DNA of 33,938 nt. Source: Azolla caroliniana (lineage: Eukaryota; Plantae; Polypodiophyta). Of this stretch, positions 10,100 through 26,000 are shown one piece after another; within the stretch, counting starts at the first letter, position 1, and each line of letters begins with the position of its first letter. The notes beneath the pieces were generated by a model that saw only the letters and a program-made list of their open reading frames with translations, was not told where the DNA came from and made no database searches. Where the stretch lies: NCBI GenBank assembly GCA_043228905.1, contig JBHGNT010000333.1, positions 1 through 33,938 of the forward strand. Reading direction: 5' to 3'. Both the position numbers and the translations under genes were made by a program.

Positions 10100-13000
10100 G
10101 TAACTGGGGACCTTCTAGTGTCCTTCTAACAAATTGAAATCGATCAATCTCATTTGCATCTTGCCGTTAAATTTGATGGATAGTGGTCAGTTTGTGGGTT
10201 GTGTTCCCCCCTTCCCCCCCTCAATTTCCCTCATCTAGTTCTGATGGGTGATATGTAAATTGTTTTTTGCGGTTCAGAATTTGGCTTTAAATCTGATGGA
10301 TTATTTATGGGTTTCTTTTCCATACCTTTTAATCTGATGGGGAATGTATGATGTTGTTTTCATGTTCAATATTTCTCCGTCAAATGGGTAGTTTGGGAGG
10401 TTCTTTTTTAGTCTTTTCCATCTAATCTTGATGGTCAATATATGCAATATAACTCTGGTAGCTAATATGTAGGCTGCTTATCTCTTGCTCAAATTTTGCT
10501 TTTAGCTGATGGGTGCTATATCGATTATTGTTTTCATGTTCATTATTGCCTCCAAATCGGATGTGTAATGTGTTTTGTTCCTCTTTTTTCTCTAAAATCT
10601 GACGTGTAATACATGTGTTCCTTTTTTCCTGTGAGAAATCACATTATGTGATTTATTGTTTTCCCTGTTTTCCTTATAATATCAAAATTGATGAATTTTG
10701 TGAGTAAAAATTGATTTCTATAACTCATGTATACTCTGTAGGCTATATTGTTTCCCATTTATGTTTCTTCCGAGCAATGTATGTGAAGTAATGATTCAGG
10801 CCAAATCATGAACAGGAAAGGAGAGATTTCAGAACTCAAATCTCAACTTCGTCAATTAGCTGGAAGCCGAGCTCCTGGTGTAGAAGATGTAAAGAGAGAA
10901 CTTTACAAGAAAGTCATCTCTTATATGACCATCGGCATCGATGTTTCACCCTTATTCAGTGAAATGGTCATGTGTTCAGCTACTTCTGATGTTGTATTGA
11001 AGAAAATGTGTTATCTTTATGTCGGCAATTATGCAAGAGTCCATCCAGATTTAGCTCTCCTCACCATCAATTTCCTTCAAAAGGATTGCCAAGATGAGTA
11101 TCCTATGATAAGGGGTCTTGCATTGAGGAGTCTTTGCTCTTTGAGAGTGAAGAATTTGGTAGAGTATTTGGTCGGACCTCTAAAATCAGGCCTTACAGAT
11201 AGCCATGGATATGTCAGAACTGTAGCTGCCTTGGGAGTCTTAAAGCTATATAATATTGCCCCGAGTGCATGCACTGACAATGACTTTCCGGCCACTTTGA
11301 AAGAGCTAATGCTTCGTGATGTCGATTCTCAGGTGAGCATCATCTATTCTGATAAATGCTTTTTCTGTTTCTTTTGAGGGAAAGCCTCTGAAACACTCTC
11401 AGATTTTTTTTTTACTTCTCCAAACGCCCCTCCTGACTTTTCATTATTCCCAAATGTTCATATCAACCCCCGAAATAGCAATTATGTGCTTAGTTCATCT
11501 CCTTTTTTCTAAATGTGTGTTATTGTGAGCAATTATATGATCAATTCATCCTTTTCCCTCTCTTTCTGTGGTTGAACAAGGGTGTTTGGGGAATGAACAA
11601 AACATAGGGGCATTTGGAATAAAGAGAAACTGAGGGGTATCTCAGAGTTTTTCACTGTTTAAATCATTGACAAATTGAAGTGATAGGTCCTTATTTCCTA
11701 GTTCTAAAGCTATGCACAGTTTATATCATTTATAAAATACTATAAAAATGGTTATTGTGGTTATAAATATATATAAAAGGTTGTTATGATGATAGCAACA
11801 AGGGACGGCCAGTTTTCGGCGTCCCATCTGCTTCTCTCATTATAAAGAGGAATGACCATCATTTATGTGCTATGCAAATTGGAAGATTACATTAATAAAT
11901 GTTCAATTTTTCAATTGCTGCCATTATTACCAATGAAGTTTGTGGGCATGGCTTTTGAGAATGAAGGTGATGTACAATCAAAATGAAGTTGAATGTTCAT
12001 CGACCTTGGGATATAGCCCACGTTGCAAAATTGATAGTGGATAAACTACATATATAGGTGTTTCTATTTTGGGCACATGACTAGAGAAGCATTACATGTC
12101 CTTTTTATCTCACACACATACTTATTACAGAAGAGAATGCAAACAATGCTTAGCTGTAAACATATTTTTAGAGAGTGCCCATCCTGAGAGGGTAGGTGAA
12201 ATGTAATTGAATATCTATTCCATGGGTGAGGTTGATTCTTCTTTATGCACAAGTTTTTGTTAACACAACCATATGGAAATAATGGATTCATCCATTTGTT
12301 ACTGAATGATATGTTAACAACTACAGGAGTTTTGGAAAACTTCAATTTGAATTGGCCAAGTCATCAAAATCAAATAATCTTTTTCTTGGGACCTATGATC
12401 GAATGAATAGTAAATGGCATAGCTAGATTGCCTATTGAAAGCAATGCACATGTGTTTTGGCATATATCTCCATGTGGATGAAATGCTACATGGATCCAAT
12501 GGTTTTGGCGAACATAGAGATTACTTTGGGGGTGGGGAAGTCTTCTAAATCTTGTTTCGAATGAATAGTAAGTGGCATAGGTATATTGCCTATTGAAAGC
12601 AATGCACATGGGTTTTGGCATATATTTCCATTTGGATGAAATGCTACATGGATTCAATGGTTTTGGCTAACATAGAGATTACTTTGTGAGGAAAGTCTTC
12701 TAACTCTTGTTGTCCTTGGTCTGAACTTTTAATAGTGGCTAGTGTTGGTAGTGGTTGTGGATGTGAAGTCATCAGGTTTGGTCTCTACTTCAAGTCACCC
12801 AGCTTTAGTGTAGTTATAGTAAGGGCCAGATTTAGTCGTCTACAGGAAAAGCTAGCAAACTAAGGAGTTCCACCATGGGGAATGGTTAGTCCTGTCTTCT
12901 AAGGGGCTTAGTTGGTTAGGTAGGGGATTTATGAGGCAATCAAATGTGATCAGATGCAGTCAGGCATTGTGGTGGCTGACAGAGGACTCCCTCTCTGGGA

Positions 13001-16000
13001 TGTTAATTAATGAACCGAAAGACACACTTAAAATCAGTAGGGTTATTCAAAAGAAGCTTATAATAAGGATAAACACTAATTACAGTATTCTCTGTATACA
13101 CCTTACTCTCCTAATCTTATGTGTTCTCCTATTTCTGCTACTATTTTATCTAGAACTGAGTGATTGCTTGTGCTTTTTATAGAATTGGGTGATCGGGTGA
13201 GATCATGCATCCATCACCCACGCTATTTGACCATATTGTATTCAATGTTTATTCGGGTCTTCAAACCCTTCAGACGCCACTGACTAATTTATGCTATTTT
13301 TTGAGGTCATCATCTTTAATGAGGCCAATTATGAGTTCTATCCTCTATTACTAATATTAATAATTAGTTCACTGTAGTTTATACCAGGTCCCTTTATATT
13401 TATAGGTGATCGGTTACATACTCGGCTAGTTTACAACAGCCTGCCAGATGGCTAACAGCTAGATTACCAAATATGCAGCTAATAATTAGAGAATCCCTAT
13501 TGGCATATATTCATAGCGCAAACCAACAGCGTCTAAGTTTGATTTTCCTAAGATTACCTTGGTATCATGCAAAATTCCGTTATATATTAAAACTCTTGTA
13601 AACTGTGTTGCAGTGAGAATCATTATTTTATCCAAAATGAAGGATGATCAGGTAGTTAATATTACAAATCATGATTTTGCATGGAGTCAACTTGTCCAAA
13701 AGCTTATGATTAGTTGAGTTTACAGTGATCGAGGGGTGAACTGGAATTCGTGGCTTCTTTGAGAGTAAAATAGATAGACTTCTTTATTTTTCTGATATGA
13801 TAGTTAGAATCATTATTTCCTCATTGAGATTCTTTTTGTTTTTAGAATATTTTAACTGATATTGTTTGAAGTCCAAAAGCTTTTGGATACGGGGATGAGA
13901 ACCAGTCTTTTGTAAATGACACTGCATTTACATTTTAATTGTAGATTGCTCACCATTTGATAAAAAAATATAATTCTGAAGTTATATGGTAAATGAAGTT
14001 ATGTATTCTATCTTAGTGCGACTAATCTGCTGAGTGTGGTGAGTCCATATTACAAATGGGATATAAGACAATCTTTATTTATTTCTGTGAAGTTAATCAT
14101 TGTTACTTCTCTTACCAGGTGGTTGCAAATTGTTTGTGCGCTCTTCAAGAAATTCTGACTCAAGAGGGAAACAACATTGAAGAAGTGGGACTTGAAAAGG
14201 ATTTTTTGATGGCTAAACCTATTATCTATTATCTTTTAAACAGGTTAGGAAAAGTGACGAATAAAATCAGATTATATCCCTCTACTCACATTGACTTAAT
14301 TAATTTATGGTCTTTGTACATGTAAGCAGAGACAGTGTTAGCGTCAGATAGCAGAAGAGATGTATGAAGAATTGTAGATCATATTCAATGAAATTGCCAA
14401 GGTAGAAAACTATAGCTTTAGAGAAGATAAAGAAAGCCCAAGTGGATAAAAGTCTTGGAAACTAGTTGCAAATAAGAAAAGCTTAGTTTTCTTGGAAAAA
14501 AGGAACCACTACACCATTTCTCTGAAACAATTTCATTTACGACAAAACACATATTTGTTTCATTACACAGATTTGTAGTAAGTTATTGCCAAATACCTTG
14601 ACTGAACTGACTTCTCTTAAGTTAAAAAATTATAAGGATTATAATTAAACATTAACATGATACTATCTTGCAGTATTGCACTATCATATACAGTATATGT
14701 ATTTCCAATCATTAAAAAAAGTAATTATTTTCTGGAATATATAGTGAAATTTTGTGGGCGATTAATGTTGATTTGAGATTTTTTAAAGAACAGGATCAAA
14801 GATTTCAATGAATGGGCACAATGTCTTGTTCTTGAACTTGTAGCCAAGTATCTACCAGCAGAGCCAAATGAGACATTTGATATCATGAATTTGCTTGAGG
14901 ATAGATTGCAACATGCAAACAGTGCAGTTGTGCTGGCAACTATCAAAGTTTTTCTAAACTTGACCATGTCCATGGCTGATGTTCATCAACAGGTAAAAGA
15001 ATGTTGCTTTTCCATATAATAATGACGCTGAAGAATTTTTTGATTTGTCCTGAGCAATGTACGTACCATGCATGATAAACTTCACTGCCTTCAGGTTCAA
15101 ATTTCTGTTCCTTTTTCACAAAATTAAGCTTGGGAGATCTAGTAATATATGATTAGATATTTACATTCATTTACATTGAAATAAACTGTCCATCGTAGGT
15201 ATCTTTTTCCTAGCGAAGAAGGAAAAATAGAATGAAAAAATGGCCTGCGCTTCATTCATGTTGGTGGATTCTACACTCAAGATTTTTACTTGCTCTTCAG
15301 ACATCAATGTTTGTGTATTATGGGGATTTATGACTTTGTAGACATGTGGACATCTGATTTGCTTTTGTTTAGGGATAGCATTTTCTGTCTAATCTCTATT
15401 ATAGAGTAGGATTCTCATTTATTTTTGTATTTTCATTTGATTAGGAAACTTAACTTCTTTCCATTGTAGAGGATCCCATCTATACAGAACAGGGTTGATT
15501 TGGCTCAAATTAGATCCAATAGCAGAAATAGAAGATGCATTTGTATATTCTGTTATAGTTCTCGTATACAATATACAATAGTATTTTCAACCATGTCTAG
15601 AATGCCCTCACACGAAGCTAGTATATCTTTCCTTTCTTTCTTGTTTTCTTCTCTAAATATCTGAAGCCAAAAATGTAATGGTCTACAAAGGTATATTTTA
15701 GGCTTTGTGAATGTTATATTCATGAGAGGTGTTAGTGAGGAACAACGTGGTATATGTTTTGCTTTGCAGTTGAAATGTTAAAGCATCCACTTATTTTTTC
15801 TTTGCATAGAGGCAAAATTTGCCTTTATCTGAACATTTTGAGTATATTTTAAACTATTACACTCATGTTTATTCTGTCAAAGATGTTTGTATGGTGTTTT
15901 TGTGGGGAAACCTCATGCTCATTTCATGGTTCTTTTCACCTTTGTCCAGGTCTACGAGAGAATTAAAGCTCCACTGATGACTTTAATCAGTTCGGGAAGC

Positions 16001-19000
16001 TCAGAACAGTCTTATGCGGTCTTGTGTCATCTCCACTTACTTGTGATGCGAGCACCTATTCTGTTCTCATCGGACTATAAACATTTTTACTGTCGATACA
16101 GTGATCCCTCGTATATAAAGAAGCTGAAGTTAGAGATGCTCACTGCAGTTGCAAATGAAAGCAACACATATGAAATTGGTATCGTCCTCCGGATTTCCTT
16201 GTTATGGACACATATGAAATTGGTAGCTATTGAATTAGGTTTTTTATGGATTGCCTCAGTATGCACATTATCATTTGGAGCTTTTCCTAGACGATGCAGA
16301 TGCAACCAATTCTTTTTAGACTTACTCTTGAAGTGTTACACCTTTACCCATGACTCACTCACTCTGCTGCCTATGCTCATGTGCCCATAATAATTGCATA
16401 GATATGCTTGATTAGTCAAAAATTTATACCTAGGGAAAATTCTCGTGAGGTGCCCGCCGCTGAAACTTATGAAAGCATTCACAATGCTAGCCAAGTTGTT
16501 CATTGTTGTATTGTTTGTCTCTCGCTTTGGATTTGCATAAATTCGTTTTGTCTAAGTGGAGGGTGTTGTGATGAGCTTAGTACGTTAGTCTTTTGTACTT
16601 TTATATGATAGTAATAAAGTGGGAAAATGTTTTAACATGCGTGTGTTTATTTTATTGTCTTTCATTATGTTTTGTTTATTGTGGAATTTCTTCTAATCTG
16701 GTCCAATAGATTTATGGTTATATATATCTTGTAATGTAGAATGATGATTGCAGATTCTAAACTCTAAAGTGTAGATTATTTGCTCGTTTGTGACTTTGCA
16801 GTGACTGAGCTCAGCGAGTATGCAGCAAACATTGACATTGCTATTGCTCGTGAGTCTATAAGAGCAGTTGGAAAGATCGCTTTACAGCAATATGATGTCA
16901 ATGCTATTGTAGACAGGCTGCTTCAATTCTTTGAAATGGAGAAGGACCATGTTACTGCAGAAACATTGGTACGTTGGGAATACTTGTTTTGGATTTCCTG
17001 GCAAATAGGGCTTTGAAATGATATTTTGCATTCAATTATATACTTCTAAACAAATCTTGATACCAAATTCAAGTGTTTTAAATCTAGAGAATCATATCTA
17101 CATCTGGCTTATGCATAATTAATGTGGTAAAAGAATCTACAAGAATACTAATAATGTCAGAACCACACCAATTCATTGCAAGAAAATGAATTTTGAGGCA
17201 TTTAGTCTTTGTTTGTGTTCATTTTCTAGCCTAGGGCACATCCTAAATTAATAAGATATTGCACAACCTTTAGATATATCTACATCTGACTTATGTATAA
17301 TTAATGTGGTAAAAGAATCTACAAGAATACTAAAAAAGTCAGAACCACACCCAATTCATTGCAAGAAAATGGATCTTGAGGCACTTAGTCTTTGTTTGTG
17401 TTCTTTTTCTAGCCTAGGGCACGTCCTAAATTAATAAGATATTGCACAACCTTTAGAAAAAAATTATAACATGAATGAAAAAGATCTGTGTTGATTTCCC
17501 TCACTCTATAGTAAAAACATAAGAGACACTGACACAAAAAATAGTAATTGTGAAGTGGAGATCAGGTATTTGTCACGTAAAGGCTATAAAAGAGTTGCAT
17601 TAGATCCAGCTGTGTATCTATCTTTCTTGTTCTCGGTTTTTGAGAATTAACAATGAACATATGTTTGAGGGAACTGAATTAAATATTTATTCATCTGCAT
17701 ATGCCACTATATTTGGTATATGAATGATGTAGGTCTGTCTCTTGTCATCATTCATGGTTCTTTGATGTAACTGTGTATTGCAGGTGCTGGTGAAAGATTT
17801 GTTGAGGAAATATCCGCAGTGGAGTCATGATTGCATTGCTGTTGTAGGCAATGTCAGCAGTAAGCATGTACAGGAGGCAAAAGCTAAAGCAGCTTTACTT
17901 TGGATGCTAGGTGAATATGCATCTGATATGCCAGATGCACCATATGTTATTGAGGGTTTTGTTGAGAATTGGGCTGATGAGGATTCACCAGAGGTAAACT
18001 TATCTTTACTATTTTATATTATTGTTTGTCTTTACAAGTTTTGTAAATCCTTGACATCAACATCTTAAGAACCTTATTTTTCTTTACTTTATGGGTTAAT
18101 GTAGCCTTTATTAGAGTGTTTTCTCTCTCCACATACTGTTGTTAAATTAGGTTACTTTTTGAGTCAGTTTCTTTAGTGCTGAAACCAAGTAACCTTTTTC
18201 GTCCTACATACGACATGAATGACACACTAATGCTTTGAATTCATCAATGTGCTTTTATGCTAGGTTCGTCTGGAGCTACTTACAGCTGTTGCAAAATGCT
18301 TTTTTAAAAGGGCACCAGAGACACAGAAGATCCTAGGATCAGCACTTGCAGCTGCTTTATCTGATGTTAATCAGGTGAGTGGGTTCACTTTTCTATGTTT
18401 TCTAGTTGGCTCCATACTAAGCCACATATGCATGTACAACCTATTCTTTACTCATCATTCCTTGAATGTCATTGATCTTCTTTGGTTCTCATTATTTAAA
18501 CCTTGTTTTTATCTATGTTAGATGTAAAACCTTGGGTTTGTACCTTCGTATGAGTGTGCACATATCAGATAATTTCAAGCCATAGATTGTTACCCATACT
18601 AAGATTAGATTAGATCATTTTCAGCGTCCATAGAGAGGCCAATATTGACCCATGGGACCTAAGTACTCAAGTTTTCTTGATGTGTCTCCTTCCTAAGCAG
18701 GGATATTCATACTTCGAAGCATAAAGTCTTGATGTGTGAATAAGGCATACATATATTAGCTCAACCTTCTTGTCGTTCTCTTTAATGTGGTACTCAAGTC
18801 ATCACTGCATCTTAATGTCATAATAGCTTTCACGAATTGCACCATATGTAGAGCATTTAAAAGCAAATGATACTATTCCTCTATTACCCCTTCCTTACAC
18901 GTTACACACCTTTAAATTTGGCGGATTTTCATGCCATAATGCACGTCAATACCTAGCTTGTGTGAATGAGTGCGAAGGAGTATTAGGGCTCTATGAGAAT

Positions 19001-19958
19001 TAATACTCATGTTAGTAATGACAAGGTTAAATACAATCACTAGACCTTCTTGCCTTAAATTGAACCCGACATTCTAATTTTGCCCTTTTTGGTGTCTTTC
19101 CATGTCTTCCTTAGTGGTTCCATTTATTTTTCCTCAATAACTACATAGTTCATTGAATCACTTGAAAGCTTTAAGAGATCTTCCACACCCCATCTTTTGA
19201 ACCATTTTTTGATGTCAACTACCCAACCAAATGAGAAAATTTTGCTCTTCCAAGCAAGATGTGGTATCTATACTTTGGCATATTCATGACTTTTGTAATG
19301 CATCTATATACTCTCTGTGGTGTCAATATCTCTATAGGTCAAACACTTGTTTCCAAGAGCATAACCTGATAGGAGGTGGTGGATTTACTCCTAGTGTTCT
19401 TGTCAAAAACATCTTTTGAATCGTCTTAATCTCAGTTCATGTATTAAGAGGGATAGTGCCACCCTACACTTCTACGCCATAAAGCAAAAGTTTTGTTACC
19501 ATGACATTAAATAACATCAGTTTCACTTCCCATCCATCACTTTGGTTTTATTGATTTTCCAACATATAATAACTTTTCCAACTAAGTCTAGACTCAAAGC
19601 AGACACTCCATTTGTTTGTGGTAGGTACATCGATACCAGGGTACTTAAAGCTTTGTACAAATTGTACATGCTCTCCCTTATATATAAGCATAGAGTATTG
19701 GTGAGGTTGGATGGTTTGCACTGCCATCATTTTTGTTTTATCCGCATTTACAGTTTTGGCCATCAACATCATATGAAAAGATAACCACGTCATTTGCATA
19801 TAAAACAATAAGATAACTTGTTGCATATATTTTGGAGCATCTAATCCTTCTTCTCTTGCAACCTTATTCACCACTTCCAATTTATCAATACATAAACCAA
19901 GGACTATAGATGATAGTGTCGAACAGAGAAAAAGATAGAGTGATGGAAGAAGGATATA

Positions 19959-20004
<46 letters not shown>

Positions 20005-23000
20005 TATTAATGTCTTTTAAGAGGCCAAAGAACAGAAGAAGAAAGGAACAAAATGATAAGAGAAGAATGGGTGTATTAAGATAGGATGAGCACAAGAGGA
20101 ACCGGATACAAGATAGGTGATGAGAGCTAAAGACCAGTGTTCATTCGAATTGATTTGAGAAGACCTGTATGTCTCTATTTATAGGTTCCTATAGAATAGC
20201 CTAGAGATTTCTATAATGTTCTATAATGTTCTAGACCTAGAATATTCCAAGATGTTCTAGGATATTCTAGAACGTTTTGGAATGTTCTAGAGTTTTTACA
20301 ATAATCAATATATTACAAAAAGTAGCTTTTATCATCTCATATGACAATAGGATATCTTAATGGTTGGGTCCAGGCCATGATGTTAATTCGTTCATGACAG
20401 ATAGTGGACATCCTTGCTTAACTCCCATGTTACTTAAGAAGTATTTTGAGGATTCATTCTCTATTTTTAGTTGGCATCTAACTTGTTCATATAATCGTGC
20501 AATAGCAACTTGATACTAATGGCATGCCCATTTCTAGCATTCTATTCCAAAGCTCACTTTGTGGTACTATATCAAAATTTTAAAAAAATCAACAAAACAA
20601 CAATAGAGCGTTTTCCTTGTAGCTAACCTTCTTCCATAAATATGCTTAATGCAATCAAATGATCTACCGTGGAGTGTTTTGGTCTAAATCTTGCTTGCCA
20701 AAGTGCTCATTTGTTTTGACTTTTAGCCCATGCACTTATCGTTTGCTCCATGATAGTGCTATACAATTTAGTGCCCACCATGATTGTGCGACAATTTGAT
20801 ATACTTGATTCTTCATTATGCTTAATGTAACCAAATGATCTACGGTGGAGTGTTTTGGTCTAAAGCCCGCTTGCCCAAGTGCTCGTTTGTTTTGACTTTA
20901 AGCCCGTGCACTTACCTTTTGTTCCATGATTGTGCGACAATTTGATACGTGATTCTTATCTCTTGCTTTAAAAGTTGGCTTAATCGAATTCATGACCTAA
21001 CCATCAAGCCTTGTTTATAACTTGATTTATAATGGTCATTATCCAATGGTGTTTGCATGGCATTGTCCATTTTAAAAGCTTAGTTTTAATGACACTTACA
21101 TTAGTTGCTTCCCCAATAACCATCTTTTTTGCTCCCTTATTGACATCTTCAATGCATGTATTACAAGGTCTTTCCAATGTTCTCAGCCATCGGAGCCACT
21201 CCCTCATGTGTATATAGCCTTTGTAACATTAAACCATTTACAACGATCAAGTTTGTGCAGTCAAGCATATGTATAAGAATTCTTCCATAATCGTCACAAT
21301 ACAATATTTTGAGTCATGTAATAGACCAGAATCCACTTATATTTTCTTTTGGTTGTTGGGTTCTTATTTTGAATCCCCAAAAAACTTCACCACTTTAGGG
21401 TTATGAGAGTTTTTATGGACGGGGAAAAACCTCCTAAAGAGGGAAAAAATGCCCCTGTAGTCCTAAGTGTGTTCACACACATGACTGTCCTAAGTGTGTT
21501 CACACATTACTGTCCTAAATGTGTTCACACACATCACTGTCCTAAGTGTGTTCACACATGACTGTCCTAAGTGTGTTCACACATGACTGTCCTAAATGTG
21601 TTCACACACATCACTATCCTAAGTGTGTTCACACATCACTGTCCTAAGTGTGTTCACACACATCACTACCAAAATATGTCAACAAAACCCCCTTGGGAGT
21701 GATGCGGTGAACAAGGAGCTGACACTCATGCTTAAACAAGTGCCAAGCTATGTGGATAGAGATGAATCCACAAATGGGATTTCTAAAGCTTTGCGGAAAG
21801 CTTCAAACTTCTCCCTAGGCAGAGCCTTTGTGAAGAGGTCTGCAATGTTCTCCTGCGTGGGCACATAAGCCAAACTGCTCTCTCCAGCGGAGAACCTTTC
21901 CCTGTCGTAGTGATAATGCACCTCATTGTGCTGAGTGCGAGCATGGAACACAGGGTTCCTCGCAACTGCCATTGCGCTTTGACTGTCAGTGAAGATGGTG
22001 ATGGCAGAAGACTGACCAACACCCAAATCAGCTAAAAGGCGTCTGAGCCACACACACTCAACTGTAGCTGTGAAAGCTGCCCTATACTCAGCCTCACAAC
22101 TAGAAGTGGCCACAGTAGGCTGCTTCTTGCTCAACCAAGATATGCATGAGCTACCAAGCATGAAGCAAAAACCACTTGTGGACACACGAGTGTCATAACA
22201 ACCAGCCCAATCAGAGTCAGAAAAAGCATGCAGGTCTGGCGGTAGTGATCCCCCCTTGGGATAAAACAACCCAAGTAACTGCCTGCCAATGCTTAACTCC
22301 TGGGCAATGTATAAACCTGCTCATTTGAGAGACAAAAAACTGAATGTCAGGTCGGGTTATGCATAAGTAAATCAAGCATCCAACTGCCTGCTGATAGAGA
22401 ACAACATCAAATGCATCTCCATGAGAGTGGCATCAAACCTGTCTTCGTGGGAGTGGCAATAGGTTTACAGTCTTCAAGGCCAAAACGTTGTAATAATGTG
22501 GCAATGTATTTCGATTGTCACAAAGCTATTCCACCATCAACTTGCATGAATTGAATGCCCAAATAATGATTCAAATGCCCCAAATCTGACATCTCAAAAG
22601 AGGCATACAAATCAGCCATAAAGTCAGCAATATACTTCTCATTGGGACCAGTGAGCAACATATCATCGACATACACAACCATGATCAGAAATACATCATC
22701 AGCACGCTTAACATATAAGGTGCTTTCAGTTGGACTATTCTCAAACCCAAATGCAATCAAATAGGCATGTATCTTTTCATACCAAGAACGCGGTGCTTGC
22801 TTCAAGCCATATAATGCCTTTCTCAACCTGCACACTTTGTGTTCATGCCCTTTCTGCACAAAACCACGGGGCTGGTATACATACACTTCCTCATGAAGAT
22901 CACCATTTAGAAATGCTGTTTTAATGTCCAACTAATGTACATTCCAACCACGATGAGCTACAATTGCACAAATGCTACGAACAGTAGTCATACGGCAGGT

Positions 23001-26000
23001 GGGAGCAAAGGTCTCATCAAAATCAATGCCTTTTTCTTGGGCATAACCTTTCACAACAATCCTAGCCTTATACCTGTCAATTGTTCCATCTGGTTTACGC
23101 TTTAGCTTATATACCCACTTAGTGCCAATAGCCTTCTTGCCAGGAGGCAAGTCACATAAAGACCATGTACTAGTCTTCATAATAGCATTATATTCTGATT
23201 GCATAGCAGCCATCCAATTTTCTGAATTTTGTGCTTCATCAAAAGAAACAGGCTCATTCTCATCGCAAAGACCAGAGGCAGCCATAGCATAACAATCTGA
23301 TGCAAAAGCACGATGATGACCTGAACGAGTACAATATGACAAAGGAAAGTCCAATTTACTGTCTTGCAAAGTCTGCAACAGCCATTTATGACAAAGGAAA
23401 ATCCAATTTACTGTCTTGCAAAGTCTTTGCCTCTATATCAGCCCTCTCATTAATAAGTGCATCATGTAAGTCTGCATCAGAAATAGAATGATCTGCATTA
23501 GAAATGGAATGATCTACATCATTATGAGTAGCTTCCAAAGGCTACACTTAACTGTCCACTTGTAAACAGAGACAACAAAGTGTCATACACATCTTTGGAG
23601 CTAACTGATGTCTCCTTCATACATGAAAGAAGTGGCTGAATTGCATCCTCCACAAAAACAACATCACGGCTAACCAAAATGCATTTAGATTGTGGATGGT
23701 ACAGACGATAGCCTTTACTTTCAGAATTGTATCCTACAAAAATACATTTCACTGCTTTATCATCCAATTTTTTGCGTTGTTGTTTAGGCACTAATGCATA
23801 TGCCAAACATGGCTTTTGGCCATGCCAAGCTTCATATGGAGTGAGAGTGCAGTGCTTTAGTGGGACACCTGTTGAGTACATATGCTGCACACATGACAGC
23901 CTCAAGCCAGAAACTATGTGGTAAGGCTTGACTTTTGACCATACACCTCACCATTTCCATGAGTGACCTGTTATTTCTTTCAGCAACTCCATTTTGTTGA
24001 GGTGTATACGGTACTGTACACTGATGTTTTATCCCACCTTCAGCCAGAAATGCATTAAACTCAGAAGACATATACTACCCCCCTCGATCAAAACGGAGGG
24101 TGCCCATTTTACATGCTGACAAATTCTCAGCCAAAGCTAGAAATTGTTTGAAGCACAGAAACACTTCGGACTTTGCCTTCAATGGATATACCCATCCATG
24201 CCAAATCTTTGCATCTGAAATAGCTTGAGAATCCTGTATGCACAGGCTGAATCATTTATAGATCTTTCATAATCTACGAGTTTATACAGCCCACGACATA
24301 AAATGCAGGAAACAATAATAACATCCCCATTGGAAAGATCATGAATTGTACACCTGTCATCAACAAATTTAACAACCAAGCCAACCTTGGCTAATGCTGA
24401 AACTGACAACAGATTTTTCTTAATCCCTGGCACAAACAAAGCATCTGACAAGATGAGAGGACTACCATCAGCAGTAGTCAAAATGATCTTACCAACACCC
24501 ATAACTGGATAAGATGAGTTGTTGGCGCATGTGACAGTATTCCCTGTAGGGGCAGGCTCCAATGAAGTGAAGAAATTGCGCTGCGAGGTAATATGTTTGG
24601 TTGCCCCACTGTCGAAGTACCAAACATCTGATTGTACAACAGACATACATTGTTCAAGTGAAGATGGGTCAAAACTGCAAACAGTAGTAAATGCCCATTC
24701 TTCATTCTACACAAGATTTGTAGACTCTGTTTTTGGTGCAGAGACTTCTGCAACAAGGAGTCCTGCCTCCTTTTTCTTTGCCTCTTTTGCAGCCAAATTT
24801 TGACAGTTCTTCATAATATGATCAATTCCTTTACAATATTTGCAAAACAGTTTTTGTTTCTGCTCTTGTTTTTTTTCATTCACTTGTGAATTATTAGCAA
24901 ATCTTTGCTTGCTAGCAGAAGAGTTCCATTTACCTTTGCCCTTCTGACTAGCTAAGGAAGCTTAATCTACAACACGCATATTAGACCTATTTTGCCTAGA
25001 CTGATCTTCTTGTAACAAAATAGAGAATAGCTCCTCGAATGACAAGGCATTGGGATTAACTTTCATCATTAAACGAAGGGTAGAAGCAAAACTTTGATAT
25101 GAATCAGGAAGACCATTTAGAACGGTTTGCACAAGTTAACTATGTGGCATCATTTCATCAGCAGAAATTAATTGTTCCTTTAAATCTTTGATTTTTGTAA
25201 GAAAGCTGTCCATAGAATCACCTTCATTCATGTGCTCGCTCTCCAATTGTTTTCGGAGATAAGCAACATGAGCCTCATTTCTTGCTTGGTACAAAGTGGT
25301 AAGAGTATCCCAAGCATCCTTTGCTGTCTTGCAAGAGCGAATATGGGGAATAATGGTACGTTTCACAGACAAAGCTATCAAAGCATATGCCTGAGCATCT
25401 CTTCCATCCCAACGAAGTTGCTCTGTAGTTGGTACAACAGAAACTATAGCATGGGCATGAGCAGGATGATCAACATCCTTGACAGAATCAATACCATCAG
25501 CATTTGTGTTCTCAACAACAGGACGTTTTTCAGCCCCTTGAACCACATTCCACAACCCCTTTGCTACTAATACATGGCGCATCAACAGTTTATCCTCAAC
25601 AGCAAGCATCCGAAATACATCATTGCTCTCAGCCATGGCCGTAATTCCATCCAGTTTATCCCCAATAGCAAGCATCCGAAATACATCATTGCTCTCAGCC
25701 ATGGCGGTGGACTGAACACGTTTTGATGTAAAAAATGGACTGCTGAATGAATAAAAGCTAATAACATACCTCTTTGACTTGAAAGATGAACAAGCGAAGA
25801 GAAAAGGGAAGCAAATCTGATTTGTGAGGGTTATGGGAATGTCTTGGAAGACTCAAGGAGGCTTTTTCTAGGATTGAATCGACTTGGAAGCAGAAAAAAA
25901 ACATACAATTGAAACTGCGCAGAGGAAGAAAACATGCAGAAATTTGTTCTTTCAACAGCAGAAAAATGCCACCACATATGGCACAAACGGATTGCGTATG

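Noticed and set aside
10808-10815. ATG 10808 as the adaptin start codon
   Set aside because: It lies just before an AACAG acceptor. Upstream exon 10041-10099 supplies the expected Ser/Pro-rich N-terminus ending PSG in the right phase.
12720-13600. Possible solo LTR or other insertion in intron 2
   Set aside because: Composition is suggestive, but I could not identify TG...CA termini with a TSD or any coding remnant.
21460-21668. CRISPR-like array of palindromic 25-27 bp repeats
   Set aside because: Units are head-to-tail with no unique spacers, lie inside copia LTRs, and there are no cas genes; the context is eukaryotic.
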